Positions 26,531 to 36,568 are shown, numbered from the stretch's first letter. The stretch is 64,000 bases of DNA from Clostridia bacterium (GCA_017452445.1 JAFTMH010000004.1:136385-200384); one strand, 5' to 3'. A program made the numbers and translations. Notes: a model not told the origin generated them from the letters alone.

Positions 26531-29500
26531 TTATTCTGCTTCAACTTGTTTGATTGCATCAGCAAGTTTAACAGAAACAATTTTAGAAACACCCTTTTCT
26601 TCCATAGTTACGCCATACAAACTGTCAGAAAGTTCCATTGTAGGTTTTCTGTGAGTGATGACAATAAACTGTGTTGTTTGAGCCAAGCGTTTCAAATACA
26701 TAGCAAATCTTTCGATGTTTGCATCGTCCAAAGCAGCTTCAATTTCGTCCAAAAGCGAGAATGGAAGTGGCTTCAATCTCAAAATCGCAAACAACAAAGC
26801 GATTGCTGTCATTGTTTTTTCACCACCTGAAAGAAGTGACATCTTGTTTTTGCCCTTTCCAGGAAGTTGAACCATAATTTCAACACCAGCATTGAGTGGA
26901 TCTTCTGCTTCGGTGAGTTCGAGTTTTGCATCGCCACCACCAAACAATTCTCTAAACACAACTTTAAAGCTGTCGTTGATTTTGTTGAACTCGGCATTAA
27001 ATTTGGTCAACATTTCGTTTGACAAATCTTTGATAATCTTAACCAAATCATCTTCTGCCTTTCTCAAATCTTCTGATTGAGTTGTCATGTCGTTGTATCT
27101 ATCCAAAAGTGTTGCCACATCTTCGATAGCATGAACATTGACATAACCCAACGCAGAAATATCTTTTTTCAATCTGCCAATTGCAATAAGAGCTTCTTTG
27201 ATTTCAAAGTCTGGTCTTCTAAATTCAAGACAGCCGTTGTAAGTCAAGCTATATTCTTCATAAATTCTCTCTTGCATTGCTTCAAGCTCAGTGTCAACCT
27301 TTGCAAGATTGCTTTCTTCACGATATTTTTTGTCATTAACTCTGGCGATTTCTTCCATGGTTTCTGTCTTGTCATCGTCAAGCTTTTTGAGGTTTGCAGA
27401 AATCGCAATCTTGCTGTTTTCAAGATTTTCTCTTTCTTTTCTGATTGCTTGCAATCTATCTTTTGCTTCAGAAGGTTTGGCATTTTCGATTTGAATTCTG
27501 ATCATCTCTTCTGCATTTGCAATAAACTTTTCATTTTCTGCCAAATGAGCTTTCAAGTTTTCAATGTTTGAAACTTGCTTGTCTTTTTCAAGCAAAATTC
27601 TGTCAAGTTCGTCAGCAAGAGCTTTGATTTTTGCTTCACAAGAGGCAATGTCAACTTTGACGGTTGTCATGTTTGCCACAATGTCATCTCTTTCTTTTCT
27701 GATTTGATTGTATCTTTCTTGTTTTTGCTTAATCAAAAGGTCTGCATCTTCTTTATTGCCACTCAAAGCACTTTGCATAAGGTTTGTTTGTGACAATTCT
27801 TTGTCAATCAAAGCCAACTTGTTTGAAACAGAAGTTTTTTCCATTTTGTAAACTTCTTGTTCGTCTTTGACTTCTTGCAAACTTCTTGCCAAAGAATCGA
27901 GTTTTTCTTGTTCTTTTGCCAACTTGACTTCAAGTTCGCCTTTAAGAGCAGAAACTCTCTTTTCTTCTGCTTTAGAAGCATTGAGATCAAGTTTAAGAAG
28001 TTCGACCTTGTTTCTGATTTCATATTCTTTTTGATACAAGTTGTCAATTTCAGTTGTCAAAGATTCGATTTCTCTTTCACGAGAAATAAGATTTGCAACT
28101 TCTGACTTTTTGCTTCCACCTGTGAGCGAACCTTGTGTGCTTACAACATCGCCTTCAAGTGTAACAATCTTAAATGAAAAACCATTGTCTTTTGCAAGTG
28201 CAGCAGCAGTGTCCAAAGTGTCAACAATCACTGTGCCACCAAGCAAATTGCTGATGACATTGTCAATCTTCTTGTCATAAGAAATAAGTTTGCTTGCGAC
28301 ACCAAAAACCCCTTTCTTTCCAGAAATCAGTCTTTCGTCCATATCTCTTCTTCTCATGCTGCTGATTGGAAGGAATGTTGCACGACCAAATTTGTTTTCT
28401 TTCAAATAAGAAATCAAATCCTTTGCACCATCTTCATTGAAAGTTACAATGTTTTGCACAGCGTTTCCAAGTGCGATTTCGATGGCTGTTTCATATTGAA
28501 CAGGCACTTTGATAAGTGATGCCAAAACGCCCACCATTTTGCTTTTGAAAGAAGAATTTCTTTCGCTTTCCTTCAAAATCTTTCTTACACTGTGAGCATA
28601 ACCTTCATATTCGGCTTGCATTTCTGTCAAAAGTTTCTTTCTATTTTCAAAAACTTTGACTTGTGTTGTTATGTTTGCTTTTTCAGTTTCAAACTGCTCA
28701 ATATCTTTTGAGTTTACAAAGATTCTGCCGGCAAGTTCTTCATTTTCTGCCTTTACAGCTTGATATTCTTGATTTGTTTTGTCAATTGATGCCTTAAATT
28801 CGTCATAAGCCTTTTGAAGTTCGGCAATTTTCACTTCGGCATCTTGCATATTCTTTTCCAAAACACCCTTGTTTTGAATAAGCAAACTTCTTTCAGTTTC
28901 CAAACGAGAAACATTGCTCTTTACATCTGAAAGAGAGCCCAATGTTTCGATAATCTTTTGTTGAGATTCGCCTGTTTCAGTTTCGCTCAACGACATTTCA
29001 TCAACAATCTTCAAATGGTGATTTGAAAGTGCTTCATAAGTGTCATTAAGCACTTGCAATCTTTCTTCAAGATCTTTCTTTTCTGCACTCTTTTCTGCTT
29101 GTTGTTCGTCACAAACTTCAATCATTGTTGTTGCGTTTGTGATGTCAAGATTGATACGATCGTTTTCTCTGTATGTATAATTTACTCTTTCTCTTGCAAC
29201 TTTTGTCTCGCCTTCTTGTTTTTCAAGTTCGACAGTAAGTTTCAAGAGTTCGTCATTCAAAGAAGAAATCTTTTTGTCATATTCAACAAGCAAATCCATT
29301 TGTTCAGCATATTCTTTGGTGATGTTTTCGTAGTCAGTTTGTCTTGCAAACAATTCTTCTTCGATTGCTTGCATTTTTTGCTTGATTTGATCTTTTACAT
29401 CATTTGCGTTTTCATATTGATAAACATAGGCATTAACTTCCAAATCTTTGAGTTGACCCTTGTATTCCAAATATTTTTTCGCATCTTCTGCTTGCTTTTT

Positions 29501-30115
29501 AAGCGGACCCATTTGTCTTTCAATTTCGGTGCAAATGTCTTCAATACGCACAAGATTATCTCTTGTTCTTTCAAGCTTTCTTTCTGCCTCGTCCTTTCTT
29601 GACTTAAATTTTGCCACCCCAGCAGCTTCTTCAAACATAGTTCTTCTTTCTTCAGGTTTTTGGTCAACAATTTGGCTTACCTTGCCTTGTCCAATAACAG
29701 AATAACCATTTTTGCCGATACCACTGTCAAACAAAAGGTCAGTAATATCTTTCAAACGACAAGTGTTTTTGTTGATCAAATATTCACTTTCGCCCGAACG
29801 ATAAAGTTTTCTTGTGATAGAAAGTTCGTCATAAGCAATGTTGAAAAATCTGTCAGAGTTGTCAAAAGTAAGAGTTACTTCACAATAAGACAAACTCTTT
29901 CTCTTTTCAGTCCCCTTAAAGATAACATCTTGCATGTTGTCACCACGGAGTGACTTGGCAGATTGTTCGCCAAGCACCCAACGGATAGCATCAGAAACAT
30001 TGCTCTTTCCGCAACCATTTGGGCCTACAATCGCAGTAAATCCACCATTAAATTCGATAACAGTGCGATCTGCAAACGATTTAAAACCAATCATTTCGAT
30101 TCTTTTAAAATACAT
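26531..30115 (-). CDS. smc: chromosome segregation protein SMC
   Basis: 1194 aa. Walker A GPNGCGKSN, long coiled coils, a hinge, signature LSGGEKT, and Walker B LLDEIEAALD. Confidence 0.97.
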   Translation of the reverse strand: MYFKRIEMIGFKSFADRTVIEFNGGFTAIVGPNGCGKSNVSDAIRWVLGEQSAKSLRGDNMQDVIFKGTEKRKSLSYCEVTLTFDNSDRFFNIAYDELSITRKLYRSGESEYLINKNTCRLKDITDLLFDSGIGKNGYSVIGQGKVSQIVDQKPEERRTMFEEAAGVAKFKSRKDEAERKLERTRDNLVRIEDICTEIERQMGPLKKQAEDAKKYLEYKGQLKDLEVNAYVYQYENANDVKDQIKQKMQAIEEELFARQTDYENITKEYAEQMDLLVEYDKKISSLNDELLKLTVELEKQEGETKVARERVNYTYRENDRINLDITNATTMIEVCDEQQAEKSAEKKDLEERLQVLNDTYEALSNHHLKIVDEMSLSETETGESQQKIIETLGSLSDVKSNVSRLETERSLLIQNKGVLEKNMQDAEVKIAELQKAYDEFKASIDKTNQEYQAVKAENEELAGRIFVNSKDIEQFETEKANITTQVKVFENRKKLLTEMQAEYEGYAHSVRKILKESERNSSFKSKMVGVLASLIKVPVQYETAIEIALGNAVQNIVTFNEDGAKDLISYLKENKFGRATFLPISSMRRRDMDERLISGKKGVFGVASKLISYDKKIDNVISNLLGGTVIVDTLDTAAALAKDNGFSFKIVTLEGDVVSTQGSLTGGSKKSEVANLISREREIESLTTEIDNLYQKEYEIRNKVELLKLDLNASKAEEKRVSALKGELEVKLAKEQEKLDSLARSLQEVKDEQEVYKMEKTSVSNKLALIDKELSQTNLMQSALSGNKEDADLLIKQKQERYNQIRKERDDIVANMTTVKVDIASCEAKIKALADELDRILLEKDKQVSNIENLKAHLAENEKFIANAEEMIRIQIENAKPSEAKDRLQAIRKERENLENSKIAISANLKKLDDDKTETMEEIARVNDKKYREESNLAKVDTELEAMQERIYEEYSLTYNGCLEFRRPDFEIKEALIAIGRLKKDISALGYVNVHAIEDVATLLDRYNDMTTQSEDLRKAEDDLVKIIKDLSNEMLTKFNAEFNKINDSFKVVFRELFGGGDAKLELTEAEDPLNAGVEIMVQLPGKGKNKMSLLSGGEKTMTAIALLFAILRLKPLPFSLLDEIEAALDDANIERFAMYLKRLAQTTQFIVITHRKPTMELSDSLYGVTMEEKGVSKIVSVKLADAIKQVEAE

Positions 30116-30158
30116 AATACCACCTTATAACACAACAGTTGTTATGTTTATATAACTT

Positions 30159-30785
30159 TTATTCTTCTTCAACAAACAATTTTGTCAACGCAACATAGGC
30201 ACAATTTTGTTCTGCTTTTGTTTTGTCTTTGCCATAACCTGTTGCGATGTAATCTTCGTCCATATAAAACTTTGCTTCAAAATAGTCGTCAACCTTAACT
30301 GTTTCGTATTTTATCGAACACTTAAAGTTTGCTTGAATAAGTTCTTGCAACTGAGATTTGTAGTTTTCGTTTTTTGTGTCTTCAAAATTTTCGATATGCA
30401 ATTTTGAAATAACAAATTCTCTCGCCTTTTGCAAATCACTGTCAAGGTAAATCGCAGCAATCAACGATTCAACAATGTCACCCTTGATTGCAGTTGTGAT
30501 TTCCCCGGCAAGACTTTTTCCAACGATGACATCTTCGCCCAAGCCCATTTCGTCAAAACATTCTGACAAATGGTCTTCCGAAACCAAACGAGATCTCAAA
30601 ACGGTGAGTTCGCCTTCTTGTTTGTCGCAGTTTTTGAAAAGATATTCCCCTACCAAAAAGTTGAGGATTGAGTCCCCCAAAAACTCCAATCTTTGATAAT
30701 TGTCTTTTGATTTTGAAGAATGTGTAAGTGCCCTTGTGAGCAACTTTTTGTCTTCAAACTTGTGTCCTATTTTATTTTCAACCAT
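30159..30785 (-). CDS. rnc: ribonuclease III
   Basis: 208 aa. Signature NYQRLEFLGDSILNF and a C-terminal dsRBD. The start overlaps the plsX stop by 8 nt. Confidence 0.93.
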   Translation of the reverse strand: MVENKIGHKFEDKKLLTRALTHSSKSKDNYQRLEFLGDSILNFLVGEYLFKNCDKQEGELTVLRSRLVSEDHLSECFDEMGLGEDVIVGKSLAGEITTAIKGDIVESLIAAIYLDSDLQKAREFVISKLHIENFEDTKNENYKSQLQELIQANFKCSIKYETVKVDDYFEAKFYMDEDYIATGYGKDKTKAEQNCAYVALTKLFVEEE

Positions 30786-31794
30786 CGATCTGCTCCATTT
30801 TTTCTGTCATTTCAGCAACCATAGATTCGATCTTTTCATTCAACTTGTTGTTATAGAGTTTTACAAGCAATTTGATTGATGCATAGATGTTTACCCTTCC
30901 ACAAGAACCATGGTTTTTGACAATCAACTTTTTGCAACCCAAAAATGGCGAACCTGCATGTTGGTTGATGTCGAGTTTGTTTTTAAGTTTTTTGAAAACC
31001 CCTTTCATAAGCAAAGCCCCTACTTGTGCCTTTTTGCTTTCTTTGATGCTTGATTTAAGGTTTGAAAGGATTGCTGCTGCAGTGCCTTCAACACCTTTAA
31101 GCAAAACATTGCCTGCAAAACCATCAGTAACAATGACATCAACATCACCTGACATAACTGCTCTTGCTTCAGTGTTGCCGATAAAGTTGATTGGCAAGTT
31201 TTTCATGAGAGGATATGTTTCTCTTGTAAGTTCGTTTCCCTTATGTTCTTCTGATCCATTGTTGAGAAGAGCAACTCTTGGTGCTTCAACATCATTTGCA
31301 ATTGAATAATATGCCGAACCCATAATCGCAAAATGCAACAAGTTTTCGCTCTTGCAGTCAATGTTTGCACCACTGTCAATGATCATAACATTGCTTTCAA
31401 GTTTTGTTGGCAAAATTGGTGCGAGTGCTGGTCTTGAAATGCCCTTAATGCGACCAATTTTCATAATTGCACCAGAAAGGATAGCTCCTGTGCTTCCTGC
31501 CGAAACAAGGCCTACCACATCTTCTTCCATTTTAAGCATGTCAAACGCTTTTACAAGCGAAGAATCTTTCTTTTGTCTGATTGCCAAAGTTGGTGTGTCA
31601 TCATTTGTGATAACATCTGGCGCATGAACAACTTCAATGCGTTCTGTTCTGTTTCCCAAAATCGCCTTGATTTTGTTTTCGTCCCCTGTCAAAACAACTG
31701 TCAACTCTTTGTTTTCTTTGACAGCCAAAACTGCACCTTCAACAATTTCAAGTGGTGCATTATCTCCACCAAAAGCATCAACTACTACTTTCAT
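30778..31794 (-). CDS. plsX: phosphate acyltransferase PlsX
   Basis: 338 aa. MKVVVDAFGGDNAP N-terminus and PlsX-typical GNTEARA / DGFAGNVLLK motifs. AGGAG RBS. Confidence 0.93.
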   Translation of the reverse strand: MKVVVDAFGGDNAPLEIVEGAVLAVKENKELTVVLTGDENKIKAILGNRTERIEVVHAPDVITNDDTPTLAIRQKKDSSLVKAFDMLKMEEDVVGLVSAGSTGAILSGAIMKIGRIKGISRPALAPILPTKLESNVMIIDSGANIDCKSENLLHFAIMGSAYYSIANDVEAPRVALLNNGSEEHKGNELTRETYPLMKNLPINFIGNTEARAVMSGDVDVIVTDGFAGNVLLKGVEGTAAAILSNLKSSIKESKKAQVGALLMKGVFKKLKNKLDINQHAGSPFLGCKKLIVKNHGSCGRVNIYASIKLLVKLYNNKLNEKIESMVAEMTEKMEQIDG

Positions 31795-31937
31795 TAAAAC
31801 TCCTAAAATGGGGCAATCCCCTCATTTATATAATAAATCAATATAAATATAACAAATAAGCAAACAAAATGTCAAAAGAATGGGCACCAAAACCGATTTT
31901 TATTTGAAAAAATCGAACAAATCCCTATTTTGACAAT

Positions 31938-31970
31938 AAAAAAATCCCGACCATTTGGTCGAGATTTTTT
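31938..31970 (-). terminator. terminator of rpmF
   Basis: Minus strand ATCTCGACC-AAAT-GGTCGGGAT followed by T7; 5 nt after the rpmF stop. Confidence 0.75.
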
Positions 31971-31974
31971 AAGA

Positions 31975-32166
31975 TTAGTTTTTCTTGTTTTTATCTTCAA
32001 CAACTGTCTTGTTTTTATAAGTTCCACAGTTTTTGCAAACAGTGTGTGGAGCTTTAAGTTCGTGACACTTTGGACACTCAACAAGTGTTGGAGCTGCAAC
32101 TGTGAAGTTTGCAGAATTTCTTGTATTTCTTCTTTGTTTAGAAACCTTACCCTTTGGAACAGCCAT
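31975..32166 (-). CDS. rpmF: 50S ribosomal protein L32
   Basis: 63 aa. MAVPKGKVSKQRRNTR N-terminus and zinc-ribbon cysteines CPKC...CKNC. AAGGAGA RBS. Confidence 0.95.
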   Translation of the reverse strand: MAVPKGKVSKQRRNTRNSANFTVAAPTLVECPKCHELKAPHTVCKNCGTYKNKTVVEDKNKKN

Positions 32167-32239
32167 TTTAATTCTCCTTTTTAAGTTTATTTAAGAAACT
32201 GGAGAATTTATCTCCAACAAATCTTATTTATGCTTGCTT

Positions 32240-32268
32240 ATTTTACCTTAAATAAATGCTTTTGTCAA
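32240..32268 (-). promoter_or_regulatory. sigma-A promoter of rpmF
   Basis: Minus strand TTGACA-17 nt-TAAAAT. The 5' UTR carries a small hairpin TGGAGA-TAAAT-TCTCCA. Confidence 0.65.
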
Positions 32269-32296
32269 GTTTTATTTAGTGTTTTTTGCAATTTGT

Positions 32297-33505
32297 TTAT
32301 TTTTTAAGATTTTCAACGATTGCCTTTGTATCTCTAGCCATCATCAATTCTTCATCAGTTGGCACGATATAAACTTTAATCTTTGAATTTTCTGCAGAGA
32401 TGAGTTGTACTTCACCTCTCTTGAAGTTTTTGTTCTTTTCTTTATCAAGCACAATGCCCAAATTTTCCATATTTTCGCAAATTGCTTCTCTCATTTCAGG
32501 GTCGTTTTCGCCAAGACCAGCAGTAAAGATAAGTGCGTCTGCACCATTAAGCACTGCCAAATAACTTCCAATATGCTTTCTTGCTGAATATGCAACCATA
32601 TCAAAAGCAAGTTGACATCTCTTGTTTCCTTCAGCGATGCCTGCTTCAACCCCTCTAATATCACTGTCTACACCAGAAATACCAAGCAAGCCACATTGCT
32701 TGTTGAGATAGTTGATAACTTCAGCAACTGTGTAACCTTTGTTTTCGCAAAGATATTGAACAACTGTTGGATCAACATCACCCGAACGAGTACCCATCAC
32801 CAACCCTTGAAGTGGTGTAAGTCCCATTGTTGTGTCAACACTCTTTCCGTTTTTAACAGCAGCGATACTAGAACCACTGCCAATATGAGCAGAGATGATT
32901 GTTGTTTCTTCTACTGGTTTGCCAAGGATCTTTGCTGCTTCAAGAGTAATATATCTGTGGCTTGAACCGTGAAATCCATATTTTCTGATGTTGTATTGTT
33001 GATAGTCTTCATATTTGATGCCATACATAAATGCTTTTTCTGGCATAGAAGCATGGAATGCAGTGTCAAAAATTGCAACATGTGGCAACTTTGGCATAGC
33101 CAATTGGCAAGCCTTAACACCTGAAATATTTGCAGGCATATGAAGTGGGCCAAGTGGAACAAGAGATTCCAAATTTGCAAGGACTTCATCTGTGATAAGC
33201 ACAGATTCTTTGTAAATTTCGCCACCGTGCAAAACTCTATGACCTACTGCTTGAATTTCTTCAAGATTTGCAATCACACCATATTCTTTGCTTGTCAAAA
33301 TGTTGAGAACTTTTTCAACAGCATCTTTGTGATCTTTTGCACCGTTGTCAAACTTGTATGATTGACCGTTTGCTTTGTATGTGATGAATGGTTCTGTCAA
33401 ACCAACTCTTTCACAGTTTCCTTTTGCAACAACTTTTTCTGTTTCCATATCAAGAAGTTGATATTTAAGCGAACTACTTCCTGCATTGATAACCAAAATT
33501 TTCAT
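32297..33505 (-). CDS. ackA: acetate kinase
   Basis: Trimmed to ATG 33505, preceded by an AAGGAGA RBS. MKILVINAGSSSLKYQL N-terminus; FHGSSHRY and TAGLGEN motifs. Confidence 0.95.
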   Translation of the reverse strand: MKILVINAGSSSLKYQLLDMETEKVVAKGNCERVGLTEPFITYKANGQSYKFDNGAKDHKDAVEKVLNILTSKEYGVIANLEEIQAVGHRVLHGGEIYKESVLITDEVLANLESLVPLGPLHMPANISGVKACQLAMPKLPHVAIFDTAFHASMPEKAFMYGIKYEDYQQYNIRKYGFHGSSHRYITLEAAKILGKPVEETTIISAHIGSGSSIAAVKNGKSVDTTMGLTPLQGLVMGTRSGDVDPTVVQYLCENKGYTVAEVINYLNKQCGLLGISGVDSDIRGVEAGIAEGNKRCQLAFDMVAYSARKHIGSYLAVLNGADALIFTAGLGENDPEMREAICENMENLGIVLDKEKNKNFKRGEVQLISAENSKIKVYIVPTDEELMMARDTKAIVENLKK

Positions 33506-33506
33506 T

Positions 33507-34508
33507 TTATTCTCCTTTCTTTTCTTCTTTATCTTCACATTGAAGTGCTGTGATTGCACTTACAACAACAATGTCGTTTACACTGCAGCCACGAGAAAGA
33601 TCGTTGACTGGCTTTTTAAGTCCTTGCAAAATTGGACCAATCGCATTCAATCCCCCAACATATTGCATAGTCTTATAGCAAATGTTTCCTGCCTGCAAAT
33701 CTGGATAAATCAAAACATTTGCATTTCCCTTAAGTGGACTGTCTTTTGCCTTTGTTTCTGCCACACTTGGCACCATTGCAGCATCAAACTGCAATTCGCC
33801 ATCGCAAACAATGTCTTTTTCTTTTTTCTTAAACTTTTCGTATGCTGTGCGAACTTTGTCAACAGCATCACTCTTTGCGCTACCCTTGCTTGAATAAGAC
33901 AAGAAAGCAACTCTAGGCTCAAGCCCAAATGCTTGTGCACTCTTCACACTTTGAAATGCAATGCTTGCCAATGTGTCAGCATCAGGATTTTCCAAAACGC
34001 CGCAATCAGACAAAACAAGCGCTTCGTTTTTCAAAAACTTGTTTTTGCCATACATCAAGAAACAAGAAGAAACTGGATCTTTTTTGTTTTTGGCTTTGAT
34101 GATTTGAAGTGCTGGTCTTACGGTTGTTGCTGTTGATGCTTCTGCACCTGCAACCATACCATCAGCATAACCACACTCAACAAGAAGTGTAGCAAAATAA
34201 TATGGGTCTTTTTCAAGCTCGTCGGATTGTTCCATTGTCAAACCTTTTTCCTTTCTCTTTTCATACAACGCTTTCACAAGCTTGTCTCTGTCAGGGAAAG
34301 TAACCGGATTTACAATGTCAAACTTTTCAAAACATTTGTCTCTCAAACTCAAAGCGCTGGCATCTCCCACCAAAAGCACTTTGACAATCTTTTTCTTTTG
34401 CAAAATTTTGACAGCCTCTACAGTTCTGTCAGAAAAACTAACTTCAGGAAAAACAATAGTTTTTTGTTTTTTCTTCGCATTTTCAATCAACTTTTCAATC
34501 TTAAACAT
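33507..34508 (-). CDS. pta: phosphate acetyltransferase
   Basis: 333 aa. PTA_PTB-type sequence (IVFPE...DRTVEAVKIL...; GNANVLIYPDLQAGNICYK). The stop lies 1 nt from the ackA start. Confidence 0.9.
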   Translation of the reverse strand: MFKIEKLIENAKKKQKTIVFPEVSFSDRTVEAVKILQKKKIVKVLLVGDASALSLRDKCFEKFDIVNPVTFPDRDKLVKALYEKRKEKGLTMEQSDELEKDPYYFATLLVECGYADGMVAGAEASTATTVRPALQIIKAKNKKDPVSSCFLMYGKNKFLKNEALVLSDCGVLENPDADTLASIAFQSVKSAQAFGLEPRVAFLSYSSKGSAKSDAVDKVRTAYEKFKKKEKDIVCDGELQFDAAMVPSVAETKAKDSPLKGNANVLIYPDLQAGNICYKTMQYVGGLNAIGPILQGLKKPVNDLSRGCSVNDIVVVSAITALQCEDKEEKKGE

Positions 34509-34657
34509 AATATCTCCATTCTTTTTTGAAAAGAAAAAAAATAAAATATATCAACTTTTCAAAAAATCTAACAAACAAAATAAGAAAGCCATTTCAAACT
34601 TTCGTTTTAATTATAAAAAAACAAACCTCAAATTGTCAAACAAAAAAGGAGATAATT

Positions 34658-35611
34658 TTGAAAAAAAACAAAACCTCTCGCACCATTTTGTCACAAAGCA
34701 CACTTGCACTTTTGATTGCCTATTTTCTCGCATGCATGATTTTTCAACCTGCCAAATACATCACCCAATCTCTCAACGGCATAAGTGCTTGGGCATTTAA
34801 TGTTTTGCCAAGCGTGTTGCCGTTTATGTTTTTTACAAAAATCCTGTCAAATATCAGCACCATCGAAAAAGCAACACAGCCCTTTTCAACAGTCACAACC
34901 AAACTCTTTAAATCCCCTGCAATCTCTGCCTACACCTTTTTGATGGCAATTTTGTCCGGCTATCCCGTGGGTTCTCGCATGATTGCCGACCTTTATTTGC
35001 AAGGCAAAATAACCAAGCAAGATGCCTTCAAAATGTCTTCGTTTTGTTCAACTTCCGGCCCAATGTTTATCATCGGTGCTGTTGGCATTGGCATGTTCCA
35101 TTCTGCAAAAATAGGATATGTTTTGTTTGCAAGTCACATTGTTGGTGCACTTGCAAATGGCCTCTGTTGGCGAAACTTAAAAACAAAAAATGGCGCCTCT
35201 TTCGCCTCATCTTTGCCACCTCAAACAGACAAGCCTACACTTTCTGACATAGTGACAAACTCAACACTTTCAATCCTTTCAGTTGGCTGTTTGATTGCTA
35301 TTTTCTTTATCATAATCGAAACCTTTTCGCCTTTGCTTTCTCTTTTCTGCCCACCCGTAAAAGGTCTTTTTGAAGGGGTTATCGAAATCACAAAAGGTTG
35401 CCTTTCTTTGTCAGCGCTGCAAAATAAAACCCTTTCAACAATCCTTTGCAGTTTTGTGATAAGTTTTGGTGGCATCTCAACAATTTTGCAAGCAATCACA
35501 ATGCTAAACAAAGTCAAAATGCCAACAAAGTTGTTTGTCTTTCAAAAACTTACACACGCCATATTATCATGCATAACAACCGTTTTGTTGGTGTTGATTT
35601 TACATTTGTAA
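34658..35611 (+). CDS. ylbJ: YlbJ-like sporulation integral membrane protein (nucleoside-recognition-domain family)
   Basis: Start assigned to in-frame TTG 34658, 6 nt after GGAG (34648-34651). Polytopic membrane protein with N-terminus ...QSLNGISAWAFNVLPSVLPFMFFTKIL, typical of YlbJ. Confidence 0.7.
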   Translation: MKKNKTSRTILSQSTLALLIAYFLACMIFQPAKYITQSLNGISAWAFNVLPSVLPFMFFTKILSNISTIEKATQPFSTVTTKLFKSPAISAYTFLMAILSGYPVGSRMIADLYLQGKITKQDAFKMSSFCSTSGPMFIIGAVGIGMFHSAKIGYVLFASHIVGALANGLCWRNLKTKNGASFASSLPPQTDKPTLSDIVTNSTLSILSVGCLIAIFFIIIETFSPLLSLFCPPVKGLFEGVIEITKGCLSLSALQNKTLSTILCSFVISFGGISTILQAITMLNKVKMPTKLFVFQKLTHAILSCITTVLLVLILHL

Positions 35612-35613
35612 AA

Positions 35614-35642
35614 CAAAAAAAGAGGCTTTTAGCCTCCAATTT
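35614..35642. terminator. bidirectional terminator between ylbJ and the HIT-RNase H gene
   Basis: A7, stem GAGGCT (35622-35627) / AGCCTC (35631-35636), then a T-run. The hairpin includes the stop codon of the minus-strand gene. Confidence 0.7.
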
Positions 35643-36504
35643 TTGCTATTTCTTCTCTTGCCAAAGCATCACAACGATTGTTGAACACATTGTCGCTGTG
35701 ACCCTTAACTTTTACAAATTCTACTTCCAATGGTTGCATTGCAGCAAGAAGTCTTTGCCACATTTCTTTGTTGAGCACTTCGCCACCGCTGCTAGAACGC
35801 CAGTTGTTGCGTTTCCAATTTGCGATCCAACCTTGATTGAATGCATTTACAACATACGCACTGTCACTAAAAACTTTGACTTTTTGTCCTGCCTTGATTG
35901 CCTCAAGTCCTTGAATAACAGCCATAAGTTCCATACGATTGTTTGTTGTGATATCTTCGCCACCTGACAAGATTTTTTCTCTGCCTTCAAATGTCAAAAT
36001 TGCAGCCCAGCCACCTGCACCCGGATTGCCAGAGCAAGCACCATCAGTATACAAAACAACAGTGTCAGCAGGCACTTCAAAATGAGGTTGCGCCTTTTCT
36101 TCTGCAAGTTTCAACTCTTTGCAAACTTCTGCCAAATCTGCGCCACAGCATTCAAGTTCTGGAAACACCTTTTGACCATCATCTTTCTTGCGTGGTAAGA
36201 TGTGAAAATGCACATGCTTTACAGATTGATTTGCCGCTTCGCCATTGTTGTTGAAGATGTGAAAACCATCAAATCCACAATTTTTTACATAGTGATTTCC
36301 TACCTTTTTGCAAGTTTCAATCACTCTGCCAAGAGTTGTAGAGTCGCAAGTCATAACACTTTCGTTATGCTTTTTTGGCACGACCAAAGTGTGTCCATAC
36401 AAATCATTTGAAATATCCAAAAATGCCAAGCAGAAATCATCTTCATAAATCTTATGGCAAGGGATTTCTCCGGCAATAATTTTGCAAAAAATACAATCGC
36501 TCAT
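35629..36504 (-). CDS. fusion protein: N-terminal HIT-family hydrolase + C-terminal ribonuclease HI
   Basis: Uninterrupted 291-aa ORF. Residues 1-~125 form a HIT domain (CIFCKII...HVHFHILPR histidine triad). Residues ~145-291 form RNase HI with all catalytic positions: YTDGAC (Asp), NNRMELMA (Glu), VFSDSAY (Asp), GHSDNVFNNRCDALA (His/Asp). Confidence 0.88.
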   Translation of the reverse strand: MSDCIFCKIIAGEIPCHKIYEDDFCLAFLDISNDLYGHTLVVPKKHNESVMTCDSTTLGRVIETCKKVGNHYVKNCGFDGFHIFNNNGEAANQSVKHVHFHILPRKKDDGQKVFPELECCGADLAEVCKELKLAEEKAQPHFEVPADTVVLYTDGACSGNPGAGGWAAILTFEGREKILSGGEDITTNNRMELMAVIQGLEAIKAGQKVKVFSDSAYVVNAFNQGWIANWKRNNWRSSSGGEVLNKEMWQRLLAAMQPLEVEFVKVKGHSDNVFNNRCDALAREEIAKIGG

Positions 36505-36540
36505 AAATTTCTCCTATCAATCTTCATTATACAGCAAAAC

Positions 36541-36568
36541 AAAAAAAAGGCAAAACAATTTGCCTTTT
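36541..36568 (-). terminator. terminator after degV
   Basis: Minus strand AAAGGCAAA-TTGT-TTTGCCTTT followed by T8. Confidence 0.8.

Noticed and set aside
31795-31830. GGGG-CAAT-CCCC hairpin just upstream of the plsX RBS as a regulatory element
   Set aside because: It is only a 4-bp stem with no flanking conserved sequence that I recognise (no FapR-box-like palindrome). That is too weak to call.
34526-34657. Lys-rich 44-codon extension at the 5' end of the ylbJ ORF
   Set aside because: It is low-complexity translated A-rich spacer. The in-frame TTG at 34658 sits 6 nt after GGAG and starts just before the first TM helix. The choice of TTG remains uncertain.
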